Position numbers and translations under genes: made by a program
Shown: one piece after another, positions 1 through 9,581 of the stretch
Position numbering within the stretch: the stretch's first letter is position 1
Layout: each line of letters starts with the position of its first letter
Assembly: GCA_013298525.1 (NCBI GenBank)
Contig: JAAFHW010000004.1
Span: 479 to 64,478, forward strand
Length of the DNA: 64,000 nucleotides
Source of the DNA: Flavobacteriia bacterium
Lineage (GTDB): Bacteria; Bacteroidota; Bacteroidia; Flavobacteriales; Flavobacteriaceae
Direction: 5' to 3'
Notes under the pieces: model-generated
What the model was told of the DNA's origin: nothing
Databases searched by the model: none
What the model saw: only the letters and a program-made list of their open reading frames with translations

Positions 1-515
1 AAGTAAATATGATTGCCGCAGCAGAAATTGCACGTCAGTTGAGACTTCGCGACATGGGCGGAATTATTGTAGTCGATTTTATCGATATGCAAAATCCTGA
101 AAATCGTCAAGTTCTATACAATTTCTTGAAAGAAGAAATGGAAGATGACAAAGCCAAACACAAGATCTTACCACCAAGTAAATTTGGATTAGTTCAAATT
201 ACTAGACAAAGAGTAAGACCAGAAGTAAATATTGAAACAAGGGAAGAAAATCCTAATAATCTGAGTAGCGATGTCGATGCGCCAATCCAAATTATAGACA
301 AGATTACTTTTTCACTTGAAAAAATTATGAAAGACCACAAGAAAGTAAAACTTAATGTTCATCCTTTCGTGGCAGCATACCTTAAAAAAGGTTTTCCATC
401 AATACGTTCAAAGTGGTTCTTTGAACATAAAAAATGGGTGAAAATCATACCTCGTGACGCTTACACGTACCTAGAATATCATTTTTTTGATAATCAAGGA
501 AAAGAAATTAAATAA
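1..515 (+). CDS. Rne/Rng-family ribonuclease (RNase G/E), C-terminal part; 5' end outside window
   Basis: Frame is open from the window edge. The translation AAAEIARQLRLRDMGGIIVVDFIDM is the conserved end of the RNase E/G catalytic core. A hairpin plus T-run follows. Confidence 0.8.
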   Translation, partial: VNMIAAAEIARQLRLRDMGGIIVVDFIDMQNPENRQVLYNFLKEEMEDDKAKHKILPPSKFGLVQITRQRVRPEVNIETREENPNNLSSDVDAPIQIIDKITFSLEKIMKDHKKVKLNVHPFVAAYLKKGFPSIRSKWFFEHKKWVKIIPRDAYTYLEYHFFDNQGKEIK

Positions 516-516
516 G

Positions 517-550
517 AAAAACCGCCTTTCGTAAGATTGGCGGTTTTTTT
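517..550 (+). terminator. Rho-independent terminator after the ribonuclease gene
   Basis: AACCGCC (520-526), 12-nt loop, GGCGGTT (539-545), then a T-run. Confidence 0.75.
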
Positions 551-560
551 ATGTTTTTTT

Positions 561-660
561 TGAAGCTAATTCCAGCTATCCGTTGCAATCTTTTACTTTG
601 TTGCCTTCGAGAGCCTCAGGCAACAAAGTAAAAGGATTTCCACTACTATCTGGGCTAGGG
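561..660. repeat. Structured intergenic repeat (conserved flanks around a 16-bp perfect hairpin); second copy at 35238-35304
   Basis: CTTTTACTTTGTTGCC (590-605) pairs perfectly with GGCAACAAAGTAAAAG (619-634). The flanks TCCAGCTATCCGTTGCAATCTTTT and AAAAGGATTTCCACTACTATCTGGGCTA recur with few changes at 35238-35304. Confidence 0.6.
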
Positions 661-679
661 CTATTTCTAAAACAAGGAT

Positions 680-3055
680 TTAATCTCTTACAAACTCCAC
701 TTTTCTATTAATCTCATTTCCAAATTCATCTACAACTGTGATGTAATGAAAACCGGTGTTGGCTTCAATTTGCATTTCGTGAAACGTTTGGGTTTCGCCT
801 TTGTAAACGTTGTCAACATACCAAAAAAGTTTGGCTTCTTTGTTGGAATGAGCCACTTTTAGAATTACAGGTTGTACCTTACTTTGAAAGTTTTTGGTAA
901 GGTATATTTTGCTATTCGTTTTAGGATAAATAAAATCCATCGACGCTTGTTGCGTTTGCTGACAATCGTCTCGAAATGGCGGCAAAGGCATGTAATCTAT
1001 ATGCTGACTTTTGTAATACCATTCCATAACTGGCGGCAAAACAAACCATTTTTTAGTGACAATATTATCTACATTTTCGCAACTGCTGTTTACTCGATAT
1101 TGCTGTGAAGCATCCAAATGAACTAATTTATGATACGTACAAATACTGGTTTTTTTGCCATTTTTAGGAATCAACTGATTGGTTTTCGGGCAATCATCTT
1201 GTGCTAAATGACCACTTTTAGTGCAAACATCAGCATATTCTAAATCATTCAATGGCGGACTGAAAAACGCTTTTCGTGGTAATAAATTAAAAACATCAAA
1301 TAATATTGGTGCTGCACTGTCAACTCCTGTCAATTGTGGTCGTCCTTCACCTGAAGCATTTCCAACCCAAACGCCAACGACGTATCTCGAATTGGTTCCA
1401 ATTGCCCAAGCATCACGATTTCCGAAACTTGTTCCAGTTTTCCAAGCAATGTCTAAGGATGAATCGTAAAAACGCCAAGCTTCATCGCCTTCTGGACGAT
1501 TAACTTCTTTCATAGCGTTGTAAGTCAAATAAATGGAACCAGCACCAAGTATGGGTTTTTGATTGGTTTCATCACCATAATCTTGTTCAAATCCGTTAAC
1601 GTAATTCAACTCTGAAAATTCTTTATTTCGGTATTTTCCTTTTGTTTTATTGAAATAATTTACTGTTGAAGAAAGATTGGCATACGTTTTACACAAATCC
1701 CAAAGATTACTTTCGGCACCACCAAGAATTAAAGATAATCCATAATGATCAGGTCTTTTATTGATGTTTTTTAGTTGGAATTTTTGAAGTAATTCATAAA
1801 AATTATTCACGCCGTGTTCTTGCAACATCAAAACGGCTGGAATATTCAACGAACGCGACAAAGCTCGTTGTGCCGGAACTGCACCATCAAAAGTCAGATT
1901 AAAATTCTGTGGTGCATAACCCGAAATTTGAGTAGGAATATCAGCAACCAACGTATTTGGAAGAAGTTCGCCCGAATCTAACATCGATGCATAAAGCAAG
2001 GGTTTTAAAATACTTCCTGTGCTTCGCGGTGCCGAAATAACATCAACATCTTTGTCGTGATCTTTATCTGTTGGAGCATTTCCAACATAACTAATTACGT
2101 TTCGATTTTGAATGTCAATAACCATAATCGCCAAGTTGTGCACTTCGTTTTGTTTGTATTGATTGTAATAATAAGCAGCGATTTGATTCACACGATTTTG
2201 TAGCGAAATATCAACGGTGGTTTTGATACGTTTTCCTTCGTCAGATTTTGCAACTCGCTGCAATAAATGAGGTGCAATTTGCGGAACATTATAAGGTTTT
2301 TGTGGCAACGGTTCTTCAATTGATAATTGATAAGTCATTTTATCAATAACTTTTTCGTTGTATAATTTTAGTAAAAGTGTATTACGTTTTTTTAGTAATT
2401 TCTGTTGGTTCTTACCTGGATAAATTAAACTTGGAGCATTTGGTAAAACCGCTAAAGTAGCCGTTTCTGCCCAAGACAATTGATGCGATTGAACACCAAA
2501 ATATCGCCAAGAAGCCATTTCGAGTCCAACAACATTTCCGCCATAAGGTGCGTGTGCCGCGTATAATTCTAAAATTTTTTCTTTAGAATGACGGAATTCC
2601 AATCGGGTTGCAAGAATAATTTCGATTACTTTTTCAAAATAGGTACGTTTTTTATTTTTGCGAGACAAACGAATCACTTGTTGTGTTAAAGTACTTCCAC
2701 CACGAACTACTTTTCCTGCGCTTCGATTTTGTTGAATAGCTTTAACCATTGCAACAGGATTAAAACCCCAATGGTAATTGAAATGTTCGTCTTCAAAATA
2801 GACAATACATTTTTTAAATTTATCTGGAATACTATCCTTGGCAGGAAAACGCCATTGTCCATCGCGAGCAATTTTGGCTGCTAATAATTCGCCATCGTTA
2901 CTTTCAATTACAGTGGAATAAGGTTCTTCAAAAAGTGTTCTTGGCAATGAAAAATAGTAAACCACAAGAAGAATAAATGCAATTGCAGATTTCTTTTTGT
3001 TTGCTTTTATATATTTTAAAATGCGTTGAAGAAACGCTTGGAGTTTTTGTTTCAT
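680..3055 (-). CDS. pbpC: Penicillin-binding protein 1C (GT51 transglycosylase plus transpeptidase)
   Basis: GT51 motifs FEDEHFNYHWG and RGGSTLTQQ. Transpeptidase motifs SILK (SxxK), SLN (SxN) and KTGT. Long PBP1C-type C-terminal domain. ATG at 3055 is preferred over the GTG at 3082, which lies inside a repeat. Confidence 0.9.
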   Translation of the reverse strand: MKQKLQAFLQRILKYIKANKKKSAIAFILLVVYYFSLPRTLFEEPYSTVIESNDGELLAAKIARDGQWRFPAKDSIPDKFKKCIVYFEDEHFNYHWGFNPVAMVKAIQQNRSAGKVVRGGSTLTQQVIRLSRKNKKRTYFEKVIEIILATRLEFRHSKEKILELYAAHAPYGGNVVGLEMASWRYFGVQSHQLSWAETATLAVLPNAPSLIYPGKNQQKLLKKRNTLLLKLYNEKVIDKMTYQLSIEEPLPQKPYNVPQIAPHLLQRVAKSDEGKRIKTTVDISLQNRVNQIAAYYYNQYKQNEVHNLAIMVIDIQNRNVISYVGNAPTDKDHDKDVDVISAPRSTGSILKPLLYASMLDSGELLPNTLVADIPTQISGYAPQNFNLTFDGAVPAQRALSRSLNIPAVLMLQEHGVNNFYELLQKFQLKNINKRPDHYGLSLILGGAESNLWDLCKTYANLSSTVNYFNKTKGKYRNKEFSELNYVNGFEQDYGDETNQKPILGAGSIYLTYNAMKEVNRPEGDEAWRFYDSSLDIAWKTGTSFGNRDAWAIGTNSRYVVGVWVGNASGEGRPQLTGVDSAAPILFDVFNLLPRKAFFSPPLNDLEYADVCTKSGHLAQDDCPKTNQLIPKNGKKTSICTYHKLVHLDASQQYRVNSSCENVDNIVTKKWFVLPPVMEWYYKSQHIDYMPLPPFRDDCQQTQQASMDFIYPKTNSKIYLTKNFQSKVQPVILKVAHSNKEAKLFWYVDNVYKGETQTFHEMQIEANTGFHYITVVDEFGNEINRKVEFVRD

Positions 3056-3060
3056 TGTAA

Positions 3061-3231
3061 TTATTTTAACCACAAAGGGCACAAAGTGGGCACAAAGTTC
3101 GCTAAGATTTTTTTCTTGTTCTCTTTATGGTTAGTCTTATATTAACACTAGGTTCACAAAGTAGGCACCAAGTTCACTAAGATATTTTCCTTGTGTTCTT
3201 TGTGCCTACTTTGTGTGCTTAGTGGTTAGTT
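3061..3231. repeat. GGCACAAAG-type tandem and inverted repeats between the a2M and pbpC genes
   Basis: CACAAAG-GGCACAAAG-TGGGCACAAAG at 3071-3097. Perfect 14-bp inverted repeat CACAAAGTAGGCAC (3155-3168) / GTGCCTACTTTGTG (3202-3215). ...TTC(G/A)CTAAGAT... occurs in both halves. Confidence 0.6.
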
Positions 3232-6200
3232 TTACTTCACCACTTCAACCCATTGACCTTTAGTTCGAGCCAAGAATTCATTGTCATACATCGCTTCACA
3301 TTGTAATCCTGGTAAATAATATTTACCTAAATACGAAGCATTTAATAAGATTTTGAACGTTCTTGTTTCGCCACCACGAAGACCGAAATAATAATTAGCT
3401 CTATCATCGCGAATGTCTATATAATCAGCAACATTGGATGTTGATTCACCAAATTCAGTGTATCTTGTATTTACAATTTCGAATCCAGAAGGTAGAATTT
3501 GCGAAAGCGCAATGTTATCTACTCGTTCATTTTTACGATTGGTTAGCGTAACCTCTGCAATGAATTCAGTTCCTTGAGCTATTTTGGTTACTGAGATTGC
3601 TTTTCCTTTTCGGTCTTTGAAAACTACATTTGCTGATAAGTTGTTTTGAACTACATTTTCTTTTCCAACAGGAAGAATTCCGCTGTTCAAGACACGAACG
3701 AATATCGTATTATTCTTGTTGTTCTTAATAGTAACAGAGTTAGTACCTGAAACTAAAGATAAATTTCGTTGAGCTACCGTTTTATTGGTGTTAATTACAA
3801 CCGATTTTCCACCATTAGTATATTGAACAGAAACGCCTTTACTACCATTACTTTGTGCAAATTTTGACATTGCGTATAATCCGTAAGCTGTTGTTTGTGT
3901 GCTCATCCATTCATTACTTGAAAGATTTTTAGCCAATTTGGTTGCCATTGCAAAAGCTTTTTGTTTTTGACCTAACAACACTAAAGTTTCTAAAGCCATC
4001 GCACGATTTCTTTCGTTTGAACCATAATAATAGTAGTAACCGTCTTCGTTTTGTTCGTCAATCATTGATTTGCTCAACAAGGCTAAACCTGCCGAGTTTT
4101 GTTTGATAATAGCATAGGTTGCAGCCAAACGCAATTTACTTTCGTTAGAAATTCCAACCGTTTCACGAAGTCTGTTCATCGAAGCTAAATCGGCCGAACC
4201 TGCAATAGCTAAGGTGTAAAGACGATACGCTTGTGCAAAATCGTTACCATATTGTTTTTCAAAACGCCATTGTTTTGCCATTTTTTTCTGGTAAGAAATC
4301 CATTTATTTTTGAAAGAAATTGGTAAAACATAGCCTTTTTTCTCTGCTTCAATTAAGAAATGTCCTGCGTAAGAAGTTCCCCAATCGTCTGCTTCGGCAT
4401 TTCCTGGCCAATAAGCAAATCCGCCATTTGCCACTTGGAAATTTCCTAATTTTTGAATTCCTGCAGTTACATTTTTCTGAATTCGTTGTTTGTAAGTCGC
4501 GTCTAAATCCATCACATCATTCAAATACAATTGTGGAAAAACAGACGATGTAGTTTGTTCCACACAACCATGTGGATATTGAATCAAATAATCCAATCTT
4601 CGGCTGAAATCAACCGTTGGAACCGATGAAACTTCCATTTTAGATTTATTGCTTCCGGTTACTCCAAATAAATCCCAAGATATTTTTTTAGAACTATTTG
4701 GTTCAATAATAATATCAGTGTATGTTGTGGTTATTGGATTTGGATTCATCACATCAATTTCAACATCATAAGTAGATTTCTCTTTTCCTGATGTGGCGAT
4801 GATTTGCACTTTTCCAATTCCTGTAATATTTCCAACACTTAAATTGAAATACGCCATTTTTTCGTCTGGCTCTGTGAATTTTACAATTTGACTTGCTTTT
4901 CCAAGAACTCTAACAGCATTATTTGTTTTAATTTGAAGTGTTACATTTTTGATATTTTTCTCTGTTGCAAAAAGTGTCACAGGAATCGTAACATTTTCTG
5001 AAGGAGAAATTTTTCGTGGCAACGAAGCCAAAACCATCAACGGACTTTTTACTTGTGTAGCTTTTTCAGCCATTCCGTATGCACTATTTTCTTTATTGGC
5101 AGCCACAACCATCGTACGAACCGAACCAATGTATTTTGGAAGTTTAATTTGATGCGTTTTAGAATCACCTTTTCCTAATTCAAATGGACCGAAATACATC
5201 ACAACCGGTTTGAAACGATTCGCTTTTTTAGCTTTTCCGCCACCTAAATCGGCATCACCACCAATGGCGAAAACCTGATTTACTTTTCCGCCATAAGCAC
5301 CAATTACATCGTCATAAATATCCCAAGTTCTAACGCCTAATGCTTCACGAGTGTAGAAATTATCCCAAGCATTTGGAGTTTTGAAACGAGTTAAATCCAA
5401 CAAACCTTCATCAACAACAGCAATGGTATAAGTCATTGATTTTCCTTGTTTTTCAGATACTTTTACATTCACTGTTTGCTCAGGACGAAGTACATCTGGC
5501 ATTGAAATTTGAGGTTCCAAAACCGTGTTTTTATCGACAACTTCAATTGGAACAATTCCGTACATTCTTATAGGCGAATCGTTTTTAGTTGATGCATGTG
5601 GTTGCAAAAGCGTTACATTGATGTAAACATTTGGCGCCATTTCACCAGTAATTGGTAATTCGACAGTGGTTTCACCTTTTTTGGTTTTTGCCCAAAGCGT
5701 TTTCACCACTTTAGTTCCGTTTTCTACAGAAATTAATGCTCTTCCGCCTTCACTTGATGGGAAGAATATTTTAGCAGTTTCACCAACAGCATATTTCTCT
5801 TTATCGGTTGAAAAACGTAACATTGTCGCGGCTTTTCCATCTTCGTTTTTAGAACGAGCTGACCAATATGGAGAGTCAATATAAACTCTTGTTCCTGTGG
5901 CGTGACCATCATTTGGATCGGAAACACGAACTAAATAATTACCCCAATCGTTTTCTGGAACCACAAATGAAATACTTGCTTTTCCTGAATAATCAGTTGA
6001 AACTCTAAAGTTTTTGTAAGCAATTGTTGAAGTAGACGAACTATAATTCGACAAATTATCGTTAGAAGCATCCCACCACCAACGCGATTCTAATTTGTAA
6101 ATACGAACATCCAAATTCTGAACTGATTTTGGTTTTCCGTTTTCCGAAACTGCTACAATATCAAATCGGTTGGCTTTTCCTGTTTCTAATAAGCCAAATT

Positions 6201-8925
6201 TGTTTGGTTCAGGAGCTTTTACACCAATATAGGTTTGGTATGGAGAATACGTAGTCGAAGCCACATCAGTTGAAACATCGCCACCTTGTTCGTATACTTT
6301 AGTTATGAATGCAGCTTTCAACATTCCTGGCGCTTGACCTTGCAATGTTGGTTTTATTGGAATAGATGCACGACCATTTCCATCAACTTTTCCTGAAAAA
6401 ATATTGATTTCTTCAGTTGAAAAACTTCTTGTTGGATCGTCAAAAACGTATTTGTCAAATCCTTTAAACGTTGTAACTTGTTGTGAGAATTTGGCTTGAA
6501 CTTCCGTTTTTAAATCTTTTGCTACAGCACCGTGAAGCCATAAAACTTGAATATTATTGACATTGTTTTTGCTTGTAGAAAGAACTGCATCGTTGAAACT
6601 ATTTTTGATTTTTAAACGATTAGGTTTGATGGTTTCAATTTTCAAACTTTTGTAAAAACGAGCACCACCAACACTTACAACGGCTTCCCAATTTCCTGTT
6701 GGAGCACTGGATTGCGTTGGAACTATGAATTTATAATGACTGAAAGCCGTTCCTTTTTGAACCGATTGATACACGGTTTTTCCACTTGGATCGTTTACTC
6801 TAATTTTTATCGGATGATTTTCTGGTAATTTATTGGCGTTATCATTTAAAATAAACGACAAATACAATGTATCACCTGGACGCCAAACGCCTCTTTCTCC
6901 ATATAAATATCCTTTTAAACCTTTTTGCAAAGTCTCGCCTGAAACATCAAAATCACTTACAGATAAAGACAATTCGTCGTCCAATTTCACGTAAGTGCTT
7001 TGGTCGCCTTTGGTAACAATTGCGAAATAGGCAATTTTTTCTAATTGGAACGATGCCATTCCATCGCCATCAGTACTTGAATCGGCAATTTTTTGTTGTT
7101 GGTAATTGTATAAAGTTACAGTTGCACCCGAAACAGGATCAGTAGAAACGATATCACTAACTGCAATTGTCACTGATTTATCTGTTCCACGTTTCGCAAT
7201 TACACCTAAATCGGTTGCTAAAATATTGGTTCCAATGGTTGTGTTGTTGTAATAATAATAGTCGGTGCAAGGATCAAGACTTTCTCTGTAATCATAATCT
7301 TCATCATAGTAATAATAATCGTAATTGTTGCCGCTATAATTGACGTCGTCTTCGTTTTCTTCTTCAGAATCTTGATTTTCTTCTTCGTTATTTGGCGTTT
7401 CATTTCCACATTTGTAAAGTGAATAATTTTTCTTAAATGAAAATTCAACACGATAAATCGCACCTGGTTCTGGAGTTACAATTTTAGAAATATCTAAAGC
7501 ATAGGTATTCCATTTGGTATAATCGAGCAGGTTATTTTGTTTTAATTCGATGGTTTTTTTGGCGACTGATTGTCCAACTTGTTTTAGATTTCGAGTTCCG
7601 TTAAGTTCATTATTTTGCAAGAATTGCATGATGTTGTTTTTGTAAATTTTGTACACTTTTACATCAACAGCATTCAAATTGGCAGCTTGAAAATTAATTT
7701 TTAAATTATTAGAACTTGGTAAAATTGTACCGCTTTTAACTAATCGTACGGCTGGTTTTATTTGTTCAAATTGTAGTTTTTCAGAATAATTTTGCTTCAT
7801 TTTGTAGCCGTATTCGCTTTCAATTCCTTGAAAAACTTCGACTAGTTTTGTTCCGGCAAAAGATTGAATATTAGATTCTTCTTCAACAGCTTCAACTACT
7901 GGTGCAACATAAGCTACAGCCGAATCAACCGCAACAGCAGCAGTGTCAACAGCAACGGCTACCGAATCAACAATAGCAGTTACACTTTCGGTGATAGTTT
8001 CAGTTGAATTTCCTTTATCTACTTCAGAATTTTTGGCCTCATTACTGAAAAACACTTTCAAAACGTTGCCCATTGTGGCAAATTTCAAATTGTTAGTATT
8101 TTCAATTGCGATTAATCCTTTAAAATCTTGATCTCTTTTTAATGGATCGGAGAAGTTTATCAATAAAGATTGGTTGTTTTCGTCACCAATTTTAATATCT
8201 AAAACTTTGAATTGATTTTTGCCTGGAATTGGATATTTTACTTCACCTTCTTGCTCAATATCTGCATCATCGCCATCCCAAGCAATGGTGATTTCGCTGT
8301 CATCATCGAAGCGTTTTATTTTATCAATAGTGAATTTGAATTCCGTTGAAGTACTTGTTGCTTTATCAAAAATTATTTTTAAATCATCACCATTTTGAGT
8401 TGATTTCAACAATTTTTGAGCATCTTCAAAAGATAAATTATCAGCGGTTTTAATAGTTCCGTTTAAATAATAAGTGTCTCTATCATAGGATTGTAAGTCT
8501 AAAGTATTGACAATGAAATCTTGCTTGATGGTTTTTATGGAAAAATTAAAATTCTCCAATTCTTTTGGTGTCTTATCATTGATTTGTGAAAGGTGAAGTG
8601 TAATTTGATATAACGTATTTTGTTCCAATTTGTCTTTTGGAATAAAAGCAATGGTATTATTAGAAAGTGCCACTACTTTTCCAGAAACACTTGGAGAAAT
8701 GTCGAACAAATCTTCGTCTAATTCTTGGTTGGGTTTCCAATCATTTTTATTGAAAGCCAATTGCACACGAATATCGGAACTGACCGATACAAAACCAGAA
8801 GAAAAACTCGATATATAATCCTTGTATAAAGTGAAGTCGGAATCAAAATCGGCAGCCGATTTTTTAGAACAAGAATGCAATACAAAGATTGCAAGAAACA
8901 AACCGATTAACTTGCTGGTTTTCAT
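3232..8925 (-). CDS. Bacterial alpha-2-macroglobulin family lipoprotein (YfhM/ECAM-like), thioester type
   Basis: About 1897 aa. Lipoprotein signal MKTSKLIGLFLAIFVLHSC. Thioester motif YPHGCVEQ (CVEQ codons at 4555-4566). Length and C-terminal domain typical of the family. Sits directly upstream of pbpC. Confidence 0.9.
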   Translation of the reverse strand: MKTSKLIGLFLAIFVLHSCSKKSAADFDSDFTLYKDYISSFSSGFVSVSSDIRVQLAFNKNDWKPNQELDEDLFDISPSVSGKVVALSNNTIAFIPKDKLEQNTLYQITLHLSQINDKTPKELENFNFSIKTIKQDFIVNTLDLQSYDRDTYYLNGTIKTADNLSFEDAQKLLKSTQNGDDLKIIFDKATSTSTEFKFTIDKIKRFDDDSEITIAWDGDDADIEQEGEVKYPIPGKNQFKVLDIKIGDENNQSLLINFSDPLKRDQDFKGLIAIENTNNLKFATMGNVLKVFFSNEAKNSEVDKGNSTETITESVTAIVDSVAVAVDTAAVAVDSAVAYVAPVVEAVEEESNIQSFAGTKLVEVFQGIESEYGYKMKQNYSEKLQFEQIKPAVRLVKSGTILPSSNNLKINFQAANLNAVDVKVYKIYKNNIMQFLQNNELNGTRNLKQVGQSVAKKTIELKQNNLLDYTKWNTYALDISKIVTPEPGAIYRVEFSFKKNYSLYKCGNETPNNEEENQDSEEENEDDVNYSGNNYDYYYYDEDYDYRESLDPCTDYYYYNNTTIGTNILATDLGVIAKRGTDKSVTIAVSDIVSTDPVSGATVTLYNYQQQKIADSSTDGDGMASFQLEKIAYFAIVTKGDQSTYVKLDDELSLSVSDFDVSGETLQKGLKGYLYGERGVWRPGDTLYLSFILNDNANKLPENHPIKIRVNDPSGKTVYQSVQKGTAFSHYKFIVPTQSSAPTGNWEAVVSVGGARFYKSLKIETIKPNRLKIKNSFNDAVLSTSKNNVNNIQVLWLHGAVAKDLKTEVQAKFSQQVTTFKGFDKYVFDDPTRSFSTEEINIFSGKVDGNGRASIPIKPTLQGQAPGMLKAAFITKVYEQGGDVSTDVASTTYSPYQTYIGVKAPEPNKFGLLETGKANRFDIVAVSENGKPKSVQNLDVRIYKLESRWWWDASNDNLSNYSSSTSTIAYKNFRVSTDYSGKASISFVVPENDWGNYLVRVSDPNDGHATGTRVYIDSPYWSARSKNEDGKAATMLRFSTDKEKYAVGETAKIFFPSSEGGRALISVENGTKVVKTLWAKTKKGETTVELPITGEMAPNVYINVTLLQPHASTKNDSPIRMYGIVPIEVVDKNTVLEPQISMPDVLRPEQTVNVKVSEKQGKSMTYTIAVVDEGLLDLTRFKTPNAWDNFYTREALGVRTWDIYDDVIGAYGGKVNQVFAIGGDADLGGGKAKKANRFKPVVMYFGPFELGKGDSKTHQIKLPKYIGSVRTMVVAANKENSAYGMAEKATQVKSPLMVLASLPRKISPSENVTIPVTLFATEKNIKNVTLQIKTNNAVRVLGKASQIVKFTEPDEKMAYFNLSVGNITGIGKVQIIATSGKEKSTYDVEIDVMNPNPITTTYTDIIIEPNSSKKISWDLFGVTGSNKSKMEVSSVPTVDFSRRLDYLIQYPHGCVEQTTSSVFPQLYLNDVMDLDATYKQRIQKNVTAGIQKLGNFQVANGGFAYWPGNAEADDWGTSYAGHFLIEAEKKGYVLPISFKNKWISYQKKMAKQWRFEKQYGNDFAQAYRLYTLAIAGSADLASMNRLRETVGISNESKLRLAATYAIIKQNSAGLALLSKSMIDEQNEDGYYYYYGSNERNRAMALETLVLLGQKQKAFAMATKLAKNLSSNEWMSTQTTAYGLYAMSKFAQSNGSKGVSVQYTNGGKSVVINTNKTVAQRNLSLVSGTNSVTIKNNKNNTIFVRVLNSGILPVGKENVVQNNLSANVVFKDRKGKAISVTKIAQGTEFIAEVTLTNRKNERVDNIALSQILPSGFEIVNTRYTEFGESTSNVADYIDIRDDRANYYFGLRGGETRTFKILLNASYLGKYYLPGLQCEAMYDNEFLARTKGQWVEVVK

Positions 8926-9077
8926 GTGTTTTTTGGAATTATTGGTTAGAACTTTTTGACTTGAAAATATGATTTTTAACACTTTCAATTAATGCTATAA
9001 CAGAAATAAATTTTAAATATTGTAGTAAATGTAAAATAAATTTTTGGACTATTTTTCTTGTAAAAAAAGGAATTTAT

Positions 9078-9521
9078 CTACTTTCGTTTTTCAGCAAAAA
9101 AACGTTTCATTAAGTCGCCACATTCTTGAGCTAAAATGCCTTGATTTACTTGAGTTTTTGGATGTAATTTGGTTCCTAAAGTTTGAAATCCGCGTTGTTC
9201 GTCTCGAGCACCAAAAACAATTTTGGAAATCTGACTCCAATACAAAGCACCAGCGCACATTTGACATGGTTCAAGCGTAACATATAAAGTGCAATCTTTC
9301 AAGTATTTTCCTCCAAGGAAATTGGCAGCGGCAGTTATCGATTGCATTTCGGCGTGTGCTGTTACATCGTTTAATAATTCCGTAAGATTATGACTTCTTG
9401 CAATGACTTTATTGTCAATTACAATGATGGCGCCAACAGGAATTTCACCTTTTTCAAAAGCAGTTTCGGCTTCTTGCAAAGCTTTTTTCATGAAGTATTC
9501 GTCGGTGAAAATGTTTTCCAT
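9078..9521 (-). CDS. tadA: tRNA-specific adenosine deaminase
   Basis: CDA-fold zinc motifs HAEMQ and PCQMCAGAL, about 147 aa. ATG at 9521 preferred over the upstream TTG. Confidence 0.9.
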   Translation of the reverse strand: MENIFTDEYFMKKALQEAETAFEKGEIPVGAIIVIDNKVIARSHNLTELLNDVTAHAEMQSITAAANFLGGKYLKDCTLYVTLEPCQMCAGALYWSQISKIVFGARDEQRGFQTLGTKLHPKTQVNQGILAQECGDLMKRFFAEKRK

Positions 9522-9581
9522 AGAACAAAAATACAATTTTGATGCAATTTTTCGTTATAATTGTATAGTCAACATTTTATT

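Noticed and set aside
7218-7463. 81-aa minus-strand ORF inside the alpha-2-macroglobulin gene
   Set aside because: It is an alternate frame of the D/E/Y low-complexity insert (I/T/K-rich translation), with no independent signals.
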